From a virus, in the IMG/VR virus record IMGVR_UViG_3300046512_000087, positions 1-64,000 of that record: a stretch of 64,000 nucleotides of DNA; one strand, 5' to 3'. This document shows positions 28,461 through 38,389 of the stretch, in pieces. A program made the translations under genes and the position numbers. Below the pieces are notes generated by a model. It saw nothing but the letters and a program-made list of their open reading frames with translations. It was not told the origin of the DNA and ran no database searches. Each line of letters starts with the position of its first letter. The stretch's first letter is position 1.

Positions 28461-29471
28461 TCAGACGAGCTGACGAGCCTTGAAGTATTTCGAGCCGGTC
28501 AGCTGAGTGCTGTCAGACAGAACCGAACCTTCCAACACGAACTGGCCGATGCCGTCGCCAATCAGAGCCAGCTCTTTCAGCGGGTCGGTGTTGAACTTGA
28601 AGATATCAACCACAACCGGGCTGTTGTCTTCGGCGGTGTTGAGACCTTCGAAGCGCAGGTACAGCTCTTTCGCGCCTTCGGTCAGAGCTTCAACCGATTT
28701 CTGATCCGCGTAGTCGTAGGTCACGACGACAGAACCGCCGTCCAACAGCGCCTTGGTGCCAGCGGCGGTAGTGACGGTCTTGCCGGTGGAGTTCAGGGCG
28801 AAGGTCACATCGGCGTTGGTACGGGCAGTGATGACGAACGACTTGCCGTTCAGGATGTTAGCGTCGGCGCCGGTAGCACCAATGACGGTAACGGTGTCAC
28901 CAACAGCAGCGGTATTCGCCACGGTCAGCTTGGTAGTCGAGCCGACAGTAACGCCGGTAATGACCACGCCCAGACCCGAAGTGGCCTGCAAGGAGCCGTC
29001 GTTGAACTTCAGCGAGCCCGCGTCTTCGTTTACCAGGTAGTCGTAGGCCGAGGTTTCGTCGGTGTAGGCAACCAGGGGAGTAGCGCCCAGATTCACCGAG
29101 ACATTCGAGACCTTGATCTTCGACAGAGCCGAGACCTTGCCCAGGTAGGCCTGGACAGTTTCACTGGCTGCCGAAGCGGCGCTCACGGAGACAGCACTGC
29201 CGCGCAGGGCAGAAGCCAGGTTTGCAGCGATGAAGTTTTCAACGGTCATCGACAGAGTGACCTTGGTCTCAGTGGTGATGCGCTTGTCAGTACCACGTTG
29301 GCCGGTGTGCGATTCCTTGTGCTCCAGAACAGTGGTAGCAATCGAAACCTTCAGGTCCGAAACGTTACCAAAGCCGGTGAAGCCCTTCGGTTTGCCGAGA
29401 GCATTACGCTCAGCAGCCATCACCACACCCTGACCCGAGTAGTAGTGGTCCTGCACGTCCCAAGTAGACAT
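28461..29471 (-). CDS. major tail tube protein
   Basis: YYSGQG..GNVSDL..EHKESHTGQR and LRFEGLNTAE motifs; position. Confidence 0.85.
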   Translation of the reverse strand: MSTWDVQDHYYSGQGVVMAAERNALGKPKGFTGFGNVSDLKVSIATTVLEHKESHTGQRGTDKRITTETKVTLSMTVENFIAANLASALRGSAVSVSAASAASETVQAYLGKVSALSKIKVSNVSVNLGATPLVAYTDETSAYDYLVNEDAGSLKFNDGSLQATSGLGVVITGVTVGSTTKLTVANTAAVGDTVTVIGATGADANILNGKSFVITARTNADVTFALNSTGKTVTTAAGTKALLDGGSVVVTYDYADQKSVEALTEGAKELYLRFEGLNTAEDNSPVVVDIFKFNTDPLKELALIGDGIGQFVLEGSVLSDSTQLTGSKYFKARQLV

Positions 29472-29514
29472 ATTGTGTTCCTCTTCAAAAACAGTTCAGG
29501 GTGTAGGTTTGAGA

Positions 29515-29820
29515 TCAAGCCGTTGCAGGCGCCCAGTCTACCAGGAGTTTTTTGCCGGTGGTGTCAGTCGAGACACGGATTTGACCGGCTGCCGAGATGG
29601 TCACGGTGTTCAGCGCCACGTCCACGCCGTCAGTCAGATTGACCACGCTCAGGATAGTGGAGCCGGTAGTGACACCCGCCAGGGCGATGTTGGTTGCAGC
29701 CGCAGCACCGGCAACAGCGTTGTGCTTGCGAAGTTGCAATTGACGGATTGCTTGACCCAGCTGGCGATTGAAGCCGCTGCCGCCGTCACCGAGGGTCTTT
29801 GGAACAGTAATGAGTGGCAT
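29515..29820 (-). CDS. small virion protein (possible decoration protein)
   Basis: 101-aa Ala/Thr/Val-rich beta protein in the structural operon. Confidence 0.5.
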   Translation of the reverse strand: MPLITVPKTLGDGGSGFNRQLGQAIRQLQLRKHNAVAGAAAATNIALAGVTTGSTILSVVNLTDGVDVALNTVTISAAGQIRVSTDTTGKKLLVDWAPATA

Positions 29821-29892
29821 GTTGAATCCTCTGAAAGCTGAATCAAGGGTAGTCAGGACCTGATTCTATGCTGTGGGGTACTACCTAACAAA

Positions 29893-30342
29893 TCAGATAA
29901 CGGGGATCGGTACTGCCCAGCGCTGAGCCCACATCACCGTACCGTTCTTTTCATCCTCCGGGGTCTCCAGCAAAAAGCGGTAGAGGTGCCCGGATGGCGA
30001 GCGTTTAGCGCGCATGGCCTTGCGGATCTCACCCATGATTCTCAGGTTACTGGCCTTGGCCTGGGGCGTGTTCAGGCTCTGACCTTCAGCAATGATCAGG
30101 ACTGTGAAGATGGCCTCGCCAGACGTGCCTGTACGGTTGGTGTCCTTGCCGGGCTCTGCTATAGCACGCATGCCCTCATAAATGACACCAGCACACGGCT
30201 TCACCGCTGCCTTGGATTTATCCATGAGTTCTTCGTAGCTCAGGACCGGGATCACTTTGTCGGTGAGTTTTGCAATTGATTGCAAGATCTCCTTCAGCTC
30301 ATCCATTACCCTGATGACCACATCGGTGTTGTCGGTAATCAT
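29893..30342 (-). CDS. tail terminator
   Basis: Position after the neck gene; size. Confidence 0.55.
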   Translation of the reverse strand: MITDNTDVVIRVMDELKEILQSIAKLTDKVIPVLSYEELMDKSKAAVKPCAGVIYEGMRAIAEPGKDTNRTGTSGEAIFTVLIIAEGQSLNTPQAKASNLRIMGEIRKAMRAKRSPSGHLYRFLLETPEDEKNGTVMWAQRWAVPIPVI

Positions 30343-30776
30343 GCCAATGCCTTCTTGATACGTTTGATCAGCAGACTGGTCACCAGAGTGGCGTCCTGTT
30401 CACTGAAGCCCAGGAAGACCCGCTGGAGCTGGCCGTCCGTTCCGTTGTTGTGCCTTGCAGCGTAGGGGACATCTGTGGAGATGATACGGGCATCAGGGCC
30501 GTCTGCCGCCAGCTGGAGCGACCTGAACAGCCTGCCAGTGTCGAACAGTGTCCCACCGCCTCTACCAGTGCGCGCACGTTTCTTTGCGGCGCCAGACTGC
30601 ACCCAGGGCGTCCCATCGGGATTCACCTGTTGCAGGTAGCGGGTACGGATGCGGTTAAAAAGAAAAGCCCCTGCCTCGTCAAGAATCTGAACGGTGTCAA
30701 GGGCTTGTTCCAGGTTCTTCAGGACAGCATCTACACCTGCTTGCCCTATAACGGTAACGCTGAGTCTTGTGGTCAT
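30339..30776 (-). CDS. neck / tail completion protein (Mu gpG-like)
   Basis: PDGTPW...LFDTGRLFRSL...YAARHNNG...RVFLGFS. Confidence 0.85.
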   Translation of the reverse strand: MTTRLSVTVIGQAGVDAVLKNLEQALDTVQILDEAGAFLFNRIRTRYLQQVNPDGTPWVQSGAAKKRARTGRGGGTLFDTGRLFRSLQLAADGPDARIISTDVPYAARHNNGTDGQLQRVFLGFSEQDATLVTSLLIKRIKKALA

Positions 30777-31390
30777 CAGAACACCGGTCGGTAGGTGAAG
30801 CCGATGTTCCTCAGATAAGGGCTCACGATAGCCATGGCATGATCACCCGACATACGAGCGCCCTTCTCGGCTTCGTCATTGCGGTTGGTAGGGGCGCCGA
30901 AGTTCCAGACGACGGGCACATAAGCCAGGATAGCCTCGGTGAGCCAGTCAGGCACGATCTCGATGTCCGAGTCTTCGTAGCCCGAGGAATATGCCACCTT
31001 CACGAACTTGTCGGAGTACATCCGTTGGTCCACGTAGACGATTCCTCGAATGTAATCCACCTTGCCCGCTGTGGTGATATCCAGGGGCTCGTTGCATTCG
31101 TTCCAGGCCCGGCCACTGGTGATAGTCAGGGCGAGGTCTTTGCGTGCGAGGCCAGAACGCAGCTTCAGTCGGAACAAGCCCGCTGGAACTACGTCGTTGA
31201 AGACACCCGGGTCGAGGTGAAAGATATCTTCACTCTCCTGGAACTGGAGATTGGAATCCAGCTCCACGCCGATCCTCAATTGAGCCGCACCGATTGCCGA
31301 CTCAATAAAGGGAGCTACACCCAGGATGTCATCACCGATGGCCATGCGGCTTTTCACTACTTCGTTTGAAATCAGCAAAATGTCAGTCAT
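30776..31390 (-). CDS. head-tail adaptor
   Basis: V.Y.SGY....VPDWLTEAIL motif. Confidence 0.7.
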   Translation of the reverse strand: MTDILLISNEVVKSRMAIGDDILGVAPFIESAIGAAQLRIGVELDSNLQFQESEDIFHLDPGVFNDVVPAGLFRLKLRSGLARKDLALTITSGRAWNECNEPLDITTAGKVDYIRGIVYVDQRMYSDKFVKVAYSSGYEDSDIEIVPDWLTEAILAYVPVVWNFGAPTNRNDEAEKGARMSGDHAMAIVSPYLRNIGFTYRPVF

Positions 31391-31404
31391 GGCCTTGCTC
31401 CTGG

Positions 31405-31830
31405 TTAGACCGGTACGCCGTCGCCGTCGTTTTCCGAACCTTCAGGACCGTCTTCATCCAGGTGGTCGAAGAGTTCTGCTTCTTCTTCCTCGGTGGACAG
31501 GCTCAGACGGCCTTTGGAATCAACGGCGCCTTGTTCCAGCAGAGCGGCGTTGGCACTGATCGTTTCTTCACGCTGGAAGTAGTTGTCGATCTTGCCCTGG
31601 CGGTCCTGGGCTTCAGGCTTTTTCCAGCGCTTGAACATCGGTGCGCCGTCCAGTTCCCAGCCCAGCATGACCAGAGCCTGATCCTTGTTGGCGGTGTAGG
31701 TCACGCCCGACTCGTAGAGCTTGCCCTGGCGATGCACACGTTGGACTTTACCGGCCAGGACCAGCTTCACGGTCTCTACTGCCGGTGCGGCGTTTTCATT
31801 TGCGTCTTTGTCGGTGATGTTGATGCCCAT
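31405..31830 (-). CDS. hypothetical protein, acidic C-terminus
   Basis: GGAG RBS; downstream of the capsid gene. Confidence 0.65.
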   Translation of the reverse strand: MGINITDKDANENAAPAVETVKLVLAGKVQRVHRQGKLYESGVTYTANKDQALVMLGWELDGAPMFKRWKKPEAQDRQGKIDNYFQREETISANAALLEQGAVDSKGRLSLSTEEEEAELFDHLDEDGPEGSENDGDGVPV

Positions 31831-31901
31831 TGCCCTGTTACTCCACTGTTTTGGGAAAACCCGATTCTAGGGCCTTCTTGCAATTGATTGCAACGCCCAA
31901 T

Positions 31902-31935
31902 AAAAAAAGGGCGAAGCCTAAGCCCGCCCTTTTTC
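31902..31935. terminator. terminator after the major capsid gene (bidirectional-looking)
   Basis: A7-GGGCG...CGCCC-T5. Confidence 0.75.
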
Positions 31936-31951
31936 TTAACCAGCCCGGCTA

Positions 31952-32887
31952 TTACTGGCCGATGTTGGTGTACTTGACTACCGCATTCACTTCTTCGATC
32001 TGGAACGCCACACGGGCGGTCAGCACGATGATGAACTCACGGGTAGTGATGTCCTTATCGTATTCGATGGTGATCTGACGCTGCACGCCGAAGATGAAGT
32101 TCAGTGGGTTACTGAACAGACCGTTGGCAGTAGGCATCAGCGGCACGCCGGTAACCTGGGAACCGAACACGAACAGCGGCAGGTTGCCTTGAACTTGTTG
32201 GTCACCCAGAGCAGTGGCGCGCTGGCCGTAGATGTCGCGCATTTCGGTTTCGTTGTCGGTCGAAACGAAGTGTTTCAGAGCCGAGCGGTTACGCAGGTAC
32301 TTGTCAGGCATGGTTTTGACGCCAGTCTTGATCAAGTCCTTGTTGAACGGTACGCCGCCAGCGTCAACGACGTTAGCAGTGGACAGCTTCAGCCAGCCAT
32401 CTTGCAGAGCCAGATAAGCGTCACCGGAGGTGGTGTCACCACGGATGCCCAGCTCTTCCAGGTCGAGAGCAGCACGCTCGCCCATCATGTCAACCAGGGT
32501 CTGATGCAGGCCACCGGCGCCGGAGGTAGGAGCAGCGTTGATGTTGCCACGCTCGATGTTGTCTTCGATCACGTCGTACGGCAGACGGACTTCGGCAATC
32601 ACTTCCTTGGTGTTCAGGGTCACTTGACCCAGATCAGGCTTGGAGCGCTGGCTTTCGGTCAGAGCAACGCCAGAAGTCGCGGCGCGCAGGATGCGGTTGC
32701 CGAAACCGATTTTGTTGATCTTCATTTCCGGGGTGTTCATGGTCACCGTGCGAACGCTTTGCAGCATGGTGTCCTGGTCGATCAGCGTGCGGATGAAGCG
32801 GTCGGTCTGGTCCGGGTTCAGCTTACCAGCGACGGCCAGATCAGACAGCGCCATGTCGGCCTTTTTGATCAGTTCTGCATTTTCCAT
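31952..32887 (-). CDS. major capsid protein
   Basis: GKLNPDQTDRFIR...EDNIERG...DLEELGIRGD pattern of HK97-fold (XkdG-like) capsids; position. Confidence 0.88.
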   Translation of the reverse strand: MENAELIKKADMALSDLAVAGKLNPDQTDRFIRTLIDQDTMLQSVRTVTMNTPEMKINKIGFGNRILRAATSGVALTESQRSKPDLGQVTLNTKEVIAEVRLPYDVIEDNIERGNINAAPTSGAGGLHQTLVDMMGERAALDLEELGIRGDTTSGDAYLALQDGWLKLSTANVVDAGGVPFNKDLIKTGVKTMPDKYLRNRSALKHFVSTDNETEMRDIYGQRATALGDQQVQGNLPLFVFGSQVTGVPLMPTANGLFSNPLNFIFGVQRQITIEYDKDITTREFIIVLTARVAFQIEEVNAVVKYTNIGQ

Positions 32888-32920
32888 ATCAATTTCCTCG
32901 GTACTAAGGGTAAGGCCGAC

Positions 32921-34060
32921 TTATTTGTTCCGTTGCTGCCGGGGGATCATGGCGGTATCGAACATCCCGGTGCGTGGATCGGGGTTTTCAGTTTTCTGGA
33001 CCAGCTGGCCGCTTGGGGTGTCGCCACCAGCAGGAGGCGCTGCAACCAGTCCATTCACTGCGGTAACCGCACTCTCAGACTTCCGAGCGATTTCGTCAAC
33101 ACGACCGCCCAGCTCTTTTTGAGTTTCTACCAGGGTGGCCTGACCTTCAGCAGTCTTCTGGACCAGTGCGGTCAGAGAAGTCAGGCTCTTCAGGATTTCT
33201 TCCAGGCCACCTTCGGACTTGACCACAGCTTCTGCAACCGGGGCCGGAGCTGTAACGGGCTCTACAACAGGTTCTACCGCTGGAGCCTCGGGCGCTGCTG
33301 GTACTTCAGGCACAGCCGGAGCTTCTGGAGCCGCTGGCTTTTCACCTTCTTCAACCTTGGCTGGCTCGACCACAGGCTCTTCGGTCTTCTGGATCAGGGT
33401 GAGAGCCTTGGCAACCTCGGCTTCCATCTTGAACGCCTGGGAAGGCAGACCGTTGATCAAACCAGTGACGTAGGTCTGGAAGTCGGTGAACAGCTTGGTC
33501 GCATCGCCAACGGCATCAGTCGGGCTGGACGAGTTGTAAAGCAGGGTGTACAGGGTGTCGGTGAACACACTGGTGGCAGTACGCACCGAGTCGTAGAAAC
33601 CCTGGGCCTTCACGGCGGTAACGAAGTCACTCGAAACCTCATCGGAGTACGGCGCGAAGGATTTCATGACCAGCGCAACATCGGCAGACAGCTTCACCAG
33701 CTGGTACTCGCCACCTTCGACTGGAGTCTCCTGGCGGAACACAGTGGTGCCGTCTTCGCCGGTTTCCATGGCATCGACTTTGAAGCCGTTATCTTCCAGG
33801 GATTTACGGACGGCCTCCAATTCAGGGCCCACCTTTGCAGCCGTAGCCACACCAACAATCACTGGACCGGTGGAGACTGCTTGGGCTTCACCCTTCAGTA
33901 CCCGCGAGATCGCAGTGCTCAAACCATTCAAATTGATCATCAGGTTGCCCCCTTCCTCGGATTTCAGTACACGGAACGGAATCTTGTTCGCTCCACGCTT
34001 GACCAGTGAGATGTAGCCGACATTGGCATCCGTCATCTCAGTAATAACTTTCTTCACCAT
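32921..34060 (-). CDS. scaffold protein with an N-terminal protease-like segment
   Basis: Precedes the capsid gene; Pro/Glu/Ala-rich linker and coiled coil; N-terminal YISLVKRGAN. Confidence 0.65.
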   Translation of the reverse strand: MVKKVITEMTDANVGYISLVKRGANKIPFRVLKSEEGGNLMINLNGLSTAISRVLKGEAQAVSTGPVIVGVATAAKVGPELEAVRKSLEDNGFKVDAMETGEDGTTVFRQETPVEGGEYQLVKLSADVALVMKSFAPYSDEVSSDFVTAVKAQGFYDSVRTATSVFTDTLYTLLYNSSSPTDAVGDATKLFTDFQTYVTGLINGLPSQAFKMEAEVAKALTLIQKTEEPVVEPAKVEEGEKPAAPEAPAVPEVPAAPEAPAVEPVVEPVTAPAPVAEAVVKSEGGLEEILKSLTSLTALVQKTAEGQATLVETQKELGGRVDEIARKSESAVTAVNGLVAAPPAGGDTPSGQLVQKTENPDPRTGMFDTAMIPRQQRNK

Positions 34061-34116
34061 GGCGATAGCCTCGTAGCACTGGCGCGAGTGTATACCCGCT
34101 CTGTTCTACCGAACAA

Positions 34117-34722
34117 TTACGCCAGTATGATTTCTGGGATGATGGCCAGCTCGTCTACAGTGGCGAATCGGTGAATGTGCTCTTCAGCAACCTCGGTGAT
34201 GGTGCCTGCAATGATCAGGTGGAAGTGGCCATCCACGACATCGGTTTCTCCACCCAGGAACTTGCCGGTCTCGTCAAAGCGCACATACCAGTTGTGGACG
34301 TGGCCGTCATCTTCAGACGTGGTGCCGGTAGCCATGATTGGGTGATCAATCTCTATTTCCTGCTGTTCCCGGATGACATAGGCCTCCATGCTGAAGCCGT
34401 TCAATTCCTTGTTCAGGATCTTCTGCCAGACATCTGGGTCAGCGATATGCACGCCTACTACCCAGGCTCCTTCGATGAAGGTTGGGTCCCCGGCCTGGGC
34501 AATGAAGGACTCCACTACCTGGGCCTCGATCAGAATATTGTCGTGCATCATGTCGATGCTTCGGGTCTTGTCGGCACCCATGAAGCGCCACGCCATCTTG
34601 CGGATCTCGTCCGCAGTCATGTACTCGTCGTGGGCGTCCAAGCGGTTGGGGGCGTAGACCTCGGAATACACCACTTGCAGGTACTCGGGTGGATCTGGTT
34701 TTACTACCGGCGCGGCCATCAC
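34117..34722 (-). CDS. XkdF-like prohead protease
   Basis: VVYSEVYAP..DAHDEYMTADEI..IDMMHD..VVESFIA..W..I...ELNGFSM; His-rich C-terminus. Confidence 0.8.
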   Translation of the reverse strand: MMAAPVVKPDPPEYLQVVYSEVYAPNRLDAHDEYMTADEIRKMAWRFMGADKTRSIDMMHDNILIEAQVVESFIAQAGDPTFIEGAWVVGVHIADPDVWQKILNKELNGFSMEAYVIREQQEIEIDHPIMATGTTSEDDGHVHNWYVRFDETGKFLGGETDVVDGHFHLIIAGTITEVAEEHIHRFATVDELAIIPEIILA

Positions 34723-34922
34723 TGAACTCCTGCAATTGATTGCAAGACTGTGGGGTCTGGCTCGGCACCGAACAACTCCTTCAGTCTTGCATCTGTATAG
34801 CCCAATTGAGACTTGAAAAACTCCCTGGACACGGTGTTATGCGTGATCTTCAGCGCAGCCAACGAGGCGTCTGTCAGGTCGATCTTCCCATCCATTACTT
34901 TCACGGCCTGCTTACGCATCAC
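34719..34922 (-). CDS. hypothetical protein
   Basis: 67-aa ORF overlapping both neighbours. Confidence 0.55.
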   Translation of the reverse strand: MMRKQAVKVMDGKIDLTDASLAALKITHNTVSREFFKSQLGYTDARLKELFGAEPDPTVLQSIAGVQ

Positions 34923-36522
34923 CTTCTCCCAGGTTCTTCAGCACATCGGGGTCATCCGGCTTCACGCTCAAGGGGCTGCTCTTGCCTGCCAACAGGATCT
35001 TGCCAATAGGCTGACCGTCAATGCGGAAGGGAAGGTCTACAAGCGCCACCAGGGCCTTGGGGTCGCTGCTCTCCAGCAGATCTGTTACAGCCTTCTGCTC
35101 GTTCACTGTCAGGGTCAAGAACTCGTCATGCAGGGCACCACCCTGTAGTAGATCAATCTGGATTTGCTCCTTGAGGCTGTACCAGTCCGCTGATGCCGCT
35201 GTGTATCCGAGCTTGCTGTAGGTGTAGATGCCCAGGCTGCCCCCGGCTCCTACGGTGAAGATCTCGGCCCCCACCAGGGTGGAAGTCTTCATCATGGAGA
35301 CATGCAGGCGCCTGAAGAACAGGGCAGCCAGCTTCGGGTCGGCTGTCTTGAAGTCAATGAAGTTCGCGTACATGGTCCCAGTGAACGGGTCGAACACGGC
35401 ATTGGCGTCGGCCACAATTCGAGGCTCTACGATCCTGGCGCGCATGCTGATTTCACCGTCTTCAGTGAACTTCAACAGGCCCTTGGTCTCGGAATCCAGC
35501 AGGTCTTTTGGAGCAAGGCCGGACAGCTCTGAAAGAACCTTGACAGGGCTCACACCAACATAGGAGTTCCAGTAGTCAAGCTGTGCCTGGGTAACTGGGG
35601 ACTTCAGCTCATCGAAAGCACTCTCGGTGACGATCTCCCTGCTGGACTCTGTAGCGGTGGTCTCTTTCGGCACCAATACCGTGGTCTGTGCCGTACGCAC
35701 ACAAAGAGTCCTGCACCCAGGGTGAAAGGGTGGGATGTGCAAGCCCGCTGCCGTAAGTTGTTCAGCAGTCATCTCCTTGTAGGTCTTCAACGCCTCCGTG
35801 GTCTGCTTAGGCCAGGGCTGCACGGTCTTCAGGTCATCAGGGTTCTCCACCTTCAAGATCCTGGTGATCGACTCATGGGCATCTTCCACCCTGAAAACAT
35901 GACCATTGATGATCCGGCAGAAGGCACTGGTACGGCCATCAAGCACAGCGTCGAGGCGGTAGTCCGAGAACCCGAGTAGGTCTGCCTCCGCAGTGAACCC
36001 CCAGGTGGACAGCCTGCTGGCCTGCAAGGTGGCAAGCATCTGCATGCGCTCGTTACCCGTAGAGGCAAAGGAGACAAATTCGTCGAGGAATCGTGGCTTA
36101 TCAGCCTTCTGGGCTACCCCATACTCGGCTTCCGAGTTTGCAATCAATTGCAAAGCCTTGTCCTGTACAGCTTCTGTCCCATTCAACGCAATGGACTGAA
36201 TCAGAATCGTAGTCGTGTGGTTCAGCGTTTCATCGTACTTCCCGTTGGAAAACAGGGGGCTACGGGTTTGGGAGGCTTGGGCGGCGCCGAACACAGCAAA
36301 GGCCCACAGGGAATACTTCAGGTACTCACGGTTGGCCTCGGCGGCTGGCTTCAGGTCAATGGTGTCTACCAGCGCCCGGGCCGCATCAAAGTTACCACCG
36401 GCAATCTCCTTGGTCATCTTCGCGTAAATGGCTGCCGCCTGTGGCGCCCAGGTCTTGTAGAGCCGGGCCATCATCCCCGACTCGATCTCCAGGTAAGTCC
36501 TGACGTCCATCAGTGGCAGCAC
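34912..36522 (-). CDS. MuF / SPP1 gp7-like head morphogenesis protein with C-terminal extension
   Basis: AVLDGRTSAFC and PPFHPGCRT motifs; after the portal. Confidence 0.82.
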   Translation of the reverse strand: MLPLMDVRTYLEIESGMMARLYKTWAPQAAAIYAKMTKEIAGGNFDAARALVDTIDLKPAAEANREYLKYSLWAFAVFGAAQASQTRSPLFSNGKYDETLNHTTTILIQSIALNGTEAVQDKALQLIANSEAEYGVAQKADKPRFLDEFVSFASTGNERMQMLATLQASRLSTWGFTAEADLLGFSDYRLDAVLDGRTSAFCRIINGHVFRVEDAHESITRILKVENPDDLKTVQPWPKQTTEALKTYKEMTAEQLTAAGLHIPPFHPGCRTLCVRTAQTTVLVPKETTATESSREIVTESAFDELKSPVTQAQLDYWNSYVGVSPVKVLSELSGLAPKDLLDSETKGLLKFTEDGEISMRARIVEPRIVADANAVFDPFTGTMYANFIDFKTADPKLAALFFRRLHVSMMKTSTLVGAEIFTVGAGGSLGIYTYSKLGYTAASADWYSLKEQIQIDLLQGGALHDEFLTLTVNEQKAVTDLLESSDPKALVALVDLPFRIDGQPIGKILLAGKSSPLSVKPDDPDVLKNLGEGDA

Positions 36523-38333
36523 CCGGCCAGTTCAATGACCCCTTCTTTAGTCGAGCCGAAAGCCCAGCTGGCAATCAGTAGATTGAACTCAGCCATTTCA
36601 TCGGTGCTCAGGTCCTCGATTTTCGAGTGCATATCCGCGATATCAATGTCGGACAGCTCTGCCTTCACAGCCAACAACCCACGGGTACTGGCGTAGTCAC
36701 GGGCCAGGGTGATCACCCGGCTCTCGGCTTTCTTCACCACCGCCAATTTGGCTGGGGATTGCGTGCCGGTAGGTGGCTTGCCTGCTGCATTCTTCTCAGG
36801 CGCAGTTGGTTGGGCTGGCTGGGCTTTCTGAGCGTCGATAGCGGCCTGGGCGAGTTCCTTGGTGGCGTTTGCAGTTTCCTCGTCGTACACCAGATTGACA
36901 CCACCGACAGACGCCACTTCTTGCACGTAGTCTTCGTCCTTGACCATACCCTTGAGCATTTCCAGGGCCTTGAGCTGGTTGTCCACGTTTTTCAACGTGA
37001 TCGGCTTGCTGACAAAGCGCAGGGACTTGAAGCCCATGGCTTTCAAGATGGTCTTGTTGATGGTCTCGTCGAACTCGATACGCTCGGGGCGGAACACCTG
37101 TTCTTCCGCAACCATGTAGGCCACGACCGCAGTCGCGTAGTTGTAGTCATCAGAGCGCCCGAGGAACAGCTTGGGCAGGCGGAAACCTGCACGTACGTGC
37201 TCTTCAGTGGATACGTCGTACTTCTGGTACATCGAATCGTTGGCTGTCTGCGAGCCAAAACGTTCAACCGTAATCTGCACACCACCCCCCTTTTCAAGGG
37301 TGCCAGAGGTGGATTGGGCTTCTACTACAACGGCGCGCTGGCGGTTCTTCGACTTGCCGGACAGGTAACCCCGCAGCTGATCAGAAGCTGATGCAGCCAG
37401 GGCACCACCCTGCACAAAGATGATCGCCGGGGGCATGCCACCCGCATCAAAGAATTCAAGGTTGGCCTCTTCGGCTTTCCGGCTGCCCAGGACGGAGGGG
37501 AGCTGGTTGATCCACCGTGGGACCGAGTACGGCGACCCAATGTCCGGGTTTACACCGAAGGCAATCAGTTCTGTGCCTCGTTGGTCCGCTGGAAGGGCCT
37601 CTCCATCTTTCACCCAGTCCCCGGTGTTCCGGTTCACTTCGCGGGTAGTGCCGAACTCGCGATAGTAGATGGTCTTCTGACCTACCTTCTGCACGTACCG
37701 GCGCTCGCGATCCCACATGCTCATGTCGATTTCTTTGCCGCCACGCTGCATTTTCTTGGTGACCAGCACCGGATCATCAAGTTTGACGAACCGCATCATG
37801 TGCCCTTCGACACTTCGGATAGCCAGAACGTCACCACTGACAGAGCGCAGCACCTCCAGGAAGCCATAGCCAATGGACTCCAGGTCCCGACGCAGCTTGC
37901 GGCGCAGCTGTAGGAACGACCGGCCAGGGATAGGCTCGTCAAAGAACTCTTTCGCCATCTGTTCTTCGTTGGGATCAACCTTTCCATCGGGGTCAGCAGG
38001 CATGAACTCATGGCCAGTGCCGTCGATGTTCACTTCCATCGCCTCGATACACTGGCTTAGTGTGTTGTTCTGGTTGGGCAGCCGGGCCAGGACCTTGGGA
38101 ACGAAGGGCGGTTGGATGACAACATTGGACGAACTCTGCGTGGTGAAGTACAGGTTCGAAAACTCGTCTTCAATCTGAAGAGCCGAATCAGCCATGACAA
38201 GGTAGGTATCTGCCCCAATAACCTTCTGAACGACGTGTACCTTGGGCTCAGCAATCTTCTTTTCAGTCCCTACAGCTGCCTTTGACATACCTACCTCATG
38301 CATGAATTCGCGTATGCCGGGAGTGTATGTCAC
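36510..38333 (-). CDS. portal protein
   Basis: DLESIGYGFLEV, NLEFFDAGGMPPAII, FRLPKLFLG..DYNYATA (PBSX/HK97-type portal). Confidence 0.88.
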   Translation of the reverse strand: MTYTPGIREFMHEVGMSKAAVGTEKKIAEPKVHVVQKVIGADTYLVMADSALQIEDEFSNLYFTTQSSSNVVIQPPFVPKVLARLPNQNNTLSQCIEAMEVNIDGTGHEFMPADPDGKVDPNEEQMAKEFFDEPIPGRSFLQLRRKLRRDLESIGYGFLEVLRSVSGDVLAIRSVEGHMMRFVKLDDPVLVTKKMQRGGKEIDMSMWDRERRYVQKVGQKTIYYREFGTTREVNRNTGDWVKDGEALPADQRGTELIAFGVNPDIGSPYSVPRWINQLPSVLGSRKAEEANLEFFDAGGMPPAIIFVQGGALAASASDQLRGYLSGKSKNRQRAVVVEAQSTSGTLEKGGGVQITVERFGSQTANDSMYQKYDVSTEEHVRAGFRLPKLFLGRSDDYNYATAVVAYMVAEEQVFRPERIEFDETINKTILKAMGFKSLRFVSKPITLKNVDNQLKALEMLKGMVKDEDYVQEVASVGGVNLVYDEETANATKELAQAAIDAQKAQPAQPTAPEKNAAGKPPTGTQSPAKLAVVKKAESRVITLARDYASTRGLLAVKAELSDIDIADMHSKIEDLSTDEMAEFNLLIASWAFGSTKEGVIELAGCCH

Positions 38334-38340
38334 CTAACGT

Positions 38341-38363
38341 AAAAAAGGGAGCACTAGGCTCCC
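38341..38363 (-). terminator. rho-independent terminator
   Basis: GGGAGC-CTAGT-GCTCCC followed by T6 on the minus strand. Confidence 0.7.
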
Positions 38364-38389
38364 AGGGTTTTGCAATTGATTGCAGGAAA

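Noticed and set aside
29735-29750. Partial motif matches (TGCAATTGAC at about 29735 and 45232)
   Set aside because: Only part of the site matches, so they were not counted as copies.
32189-34009. Long plus-strand ORFs (606 aa here; also 23630-25264, 26210-27625, 28443-29642, 20104-21357, 8441-9529, 2754-3752 and others)
   Set aside because: They are antisense shadows of well-supported minus-strand genes with GC-rich codon bias, and show no recognisable motifs.
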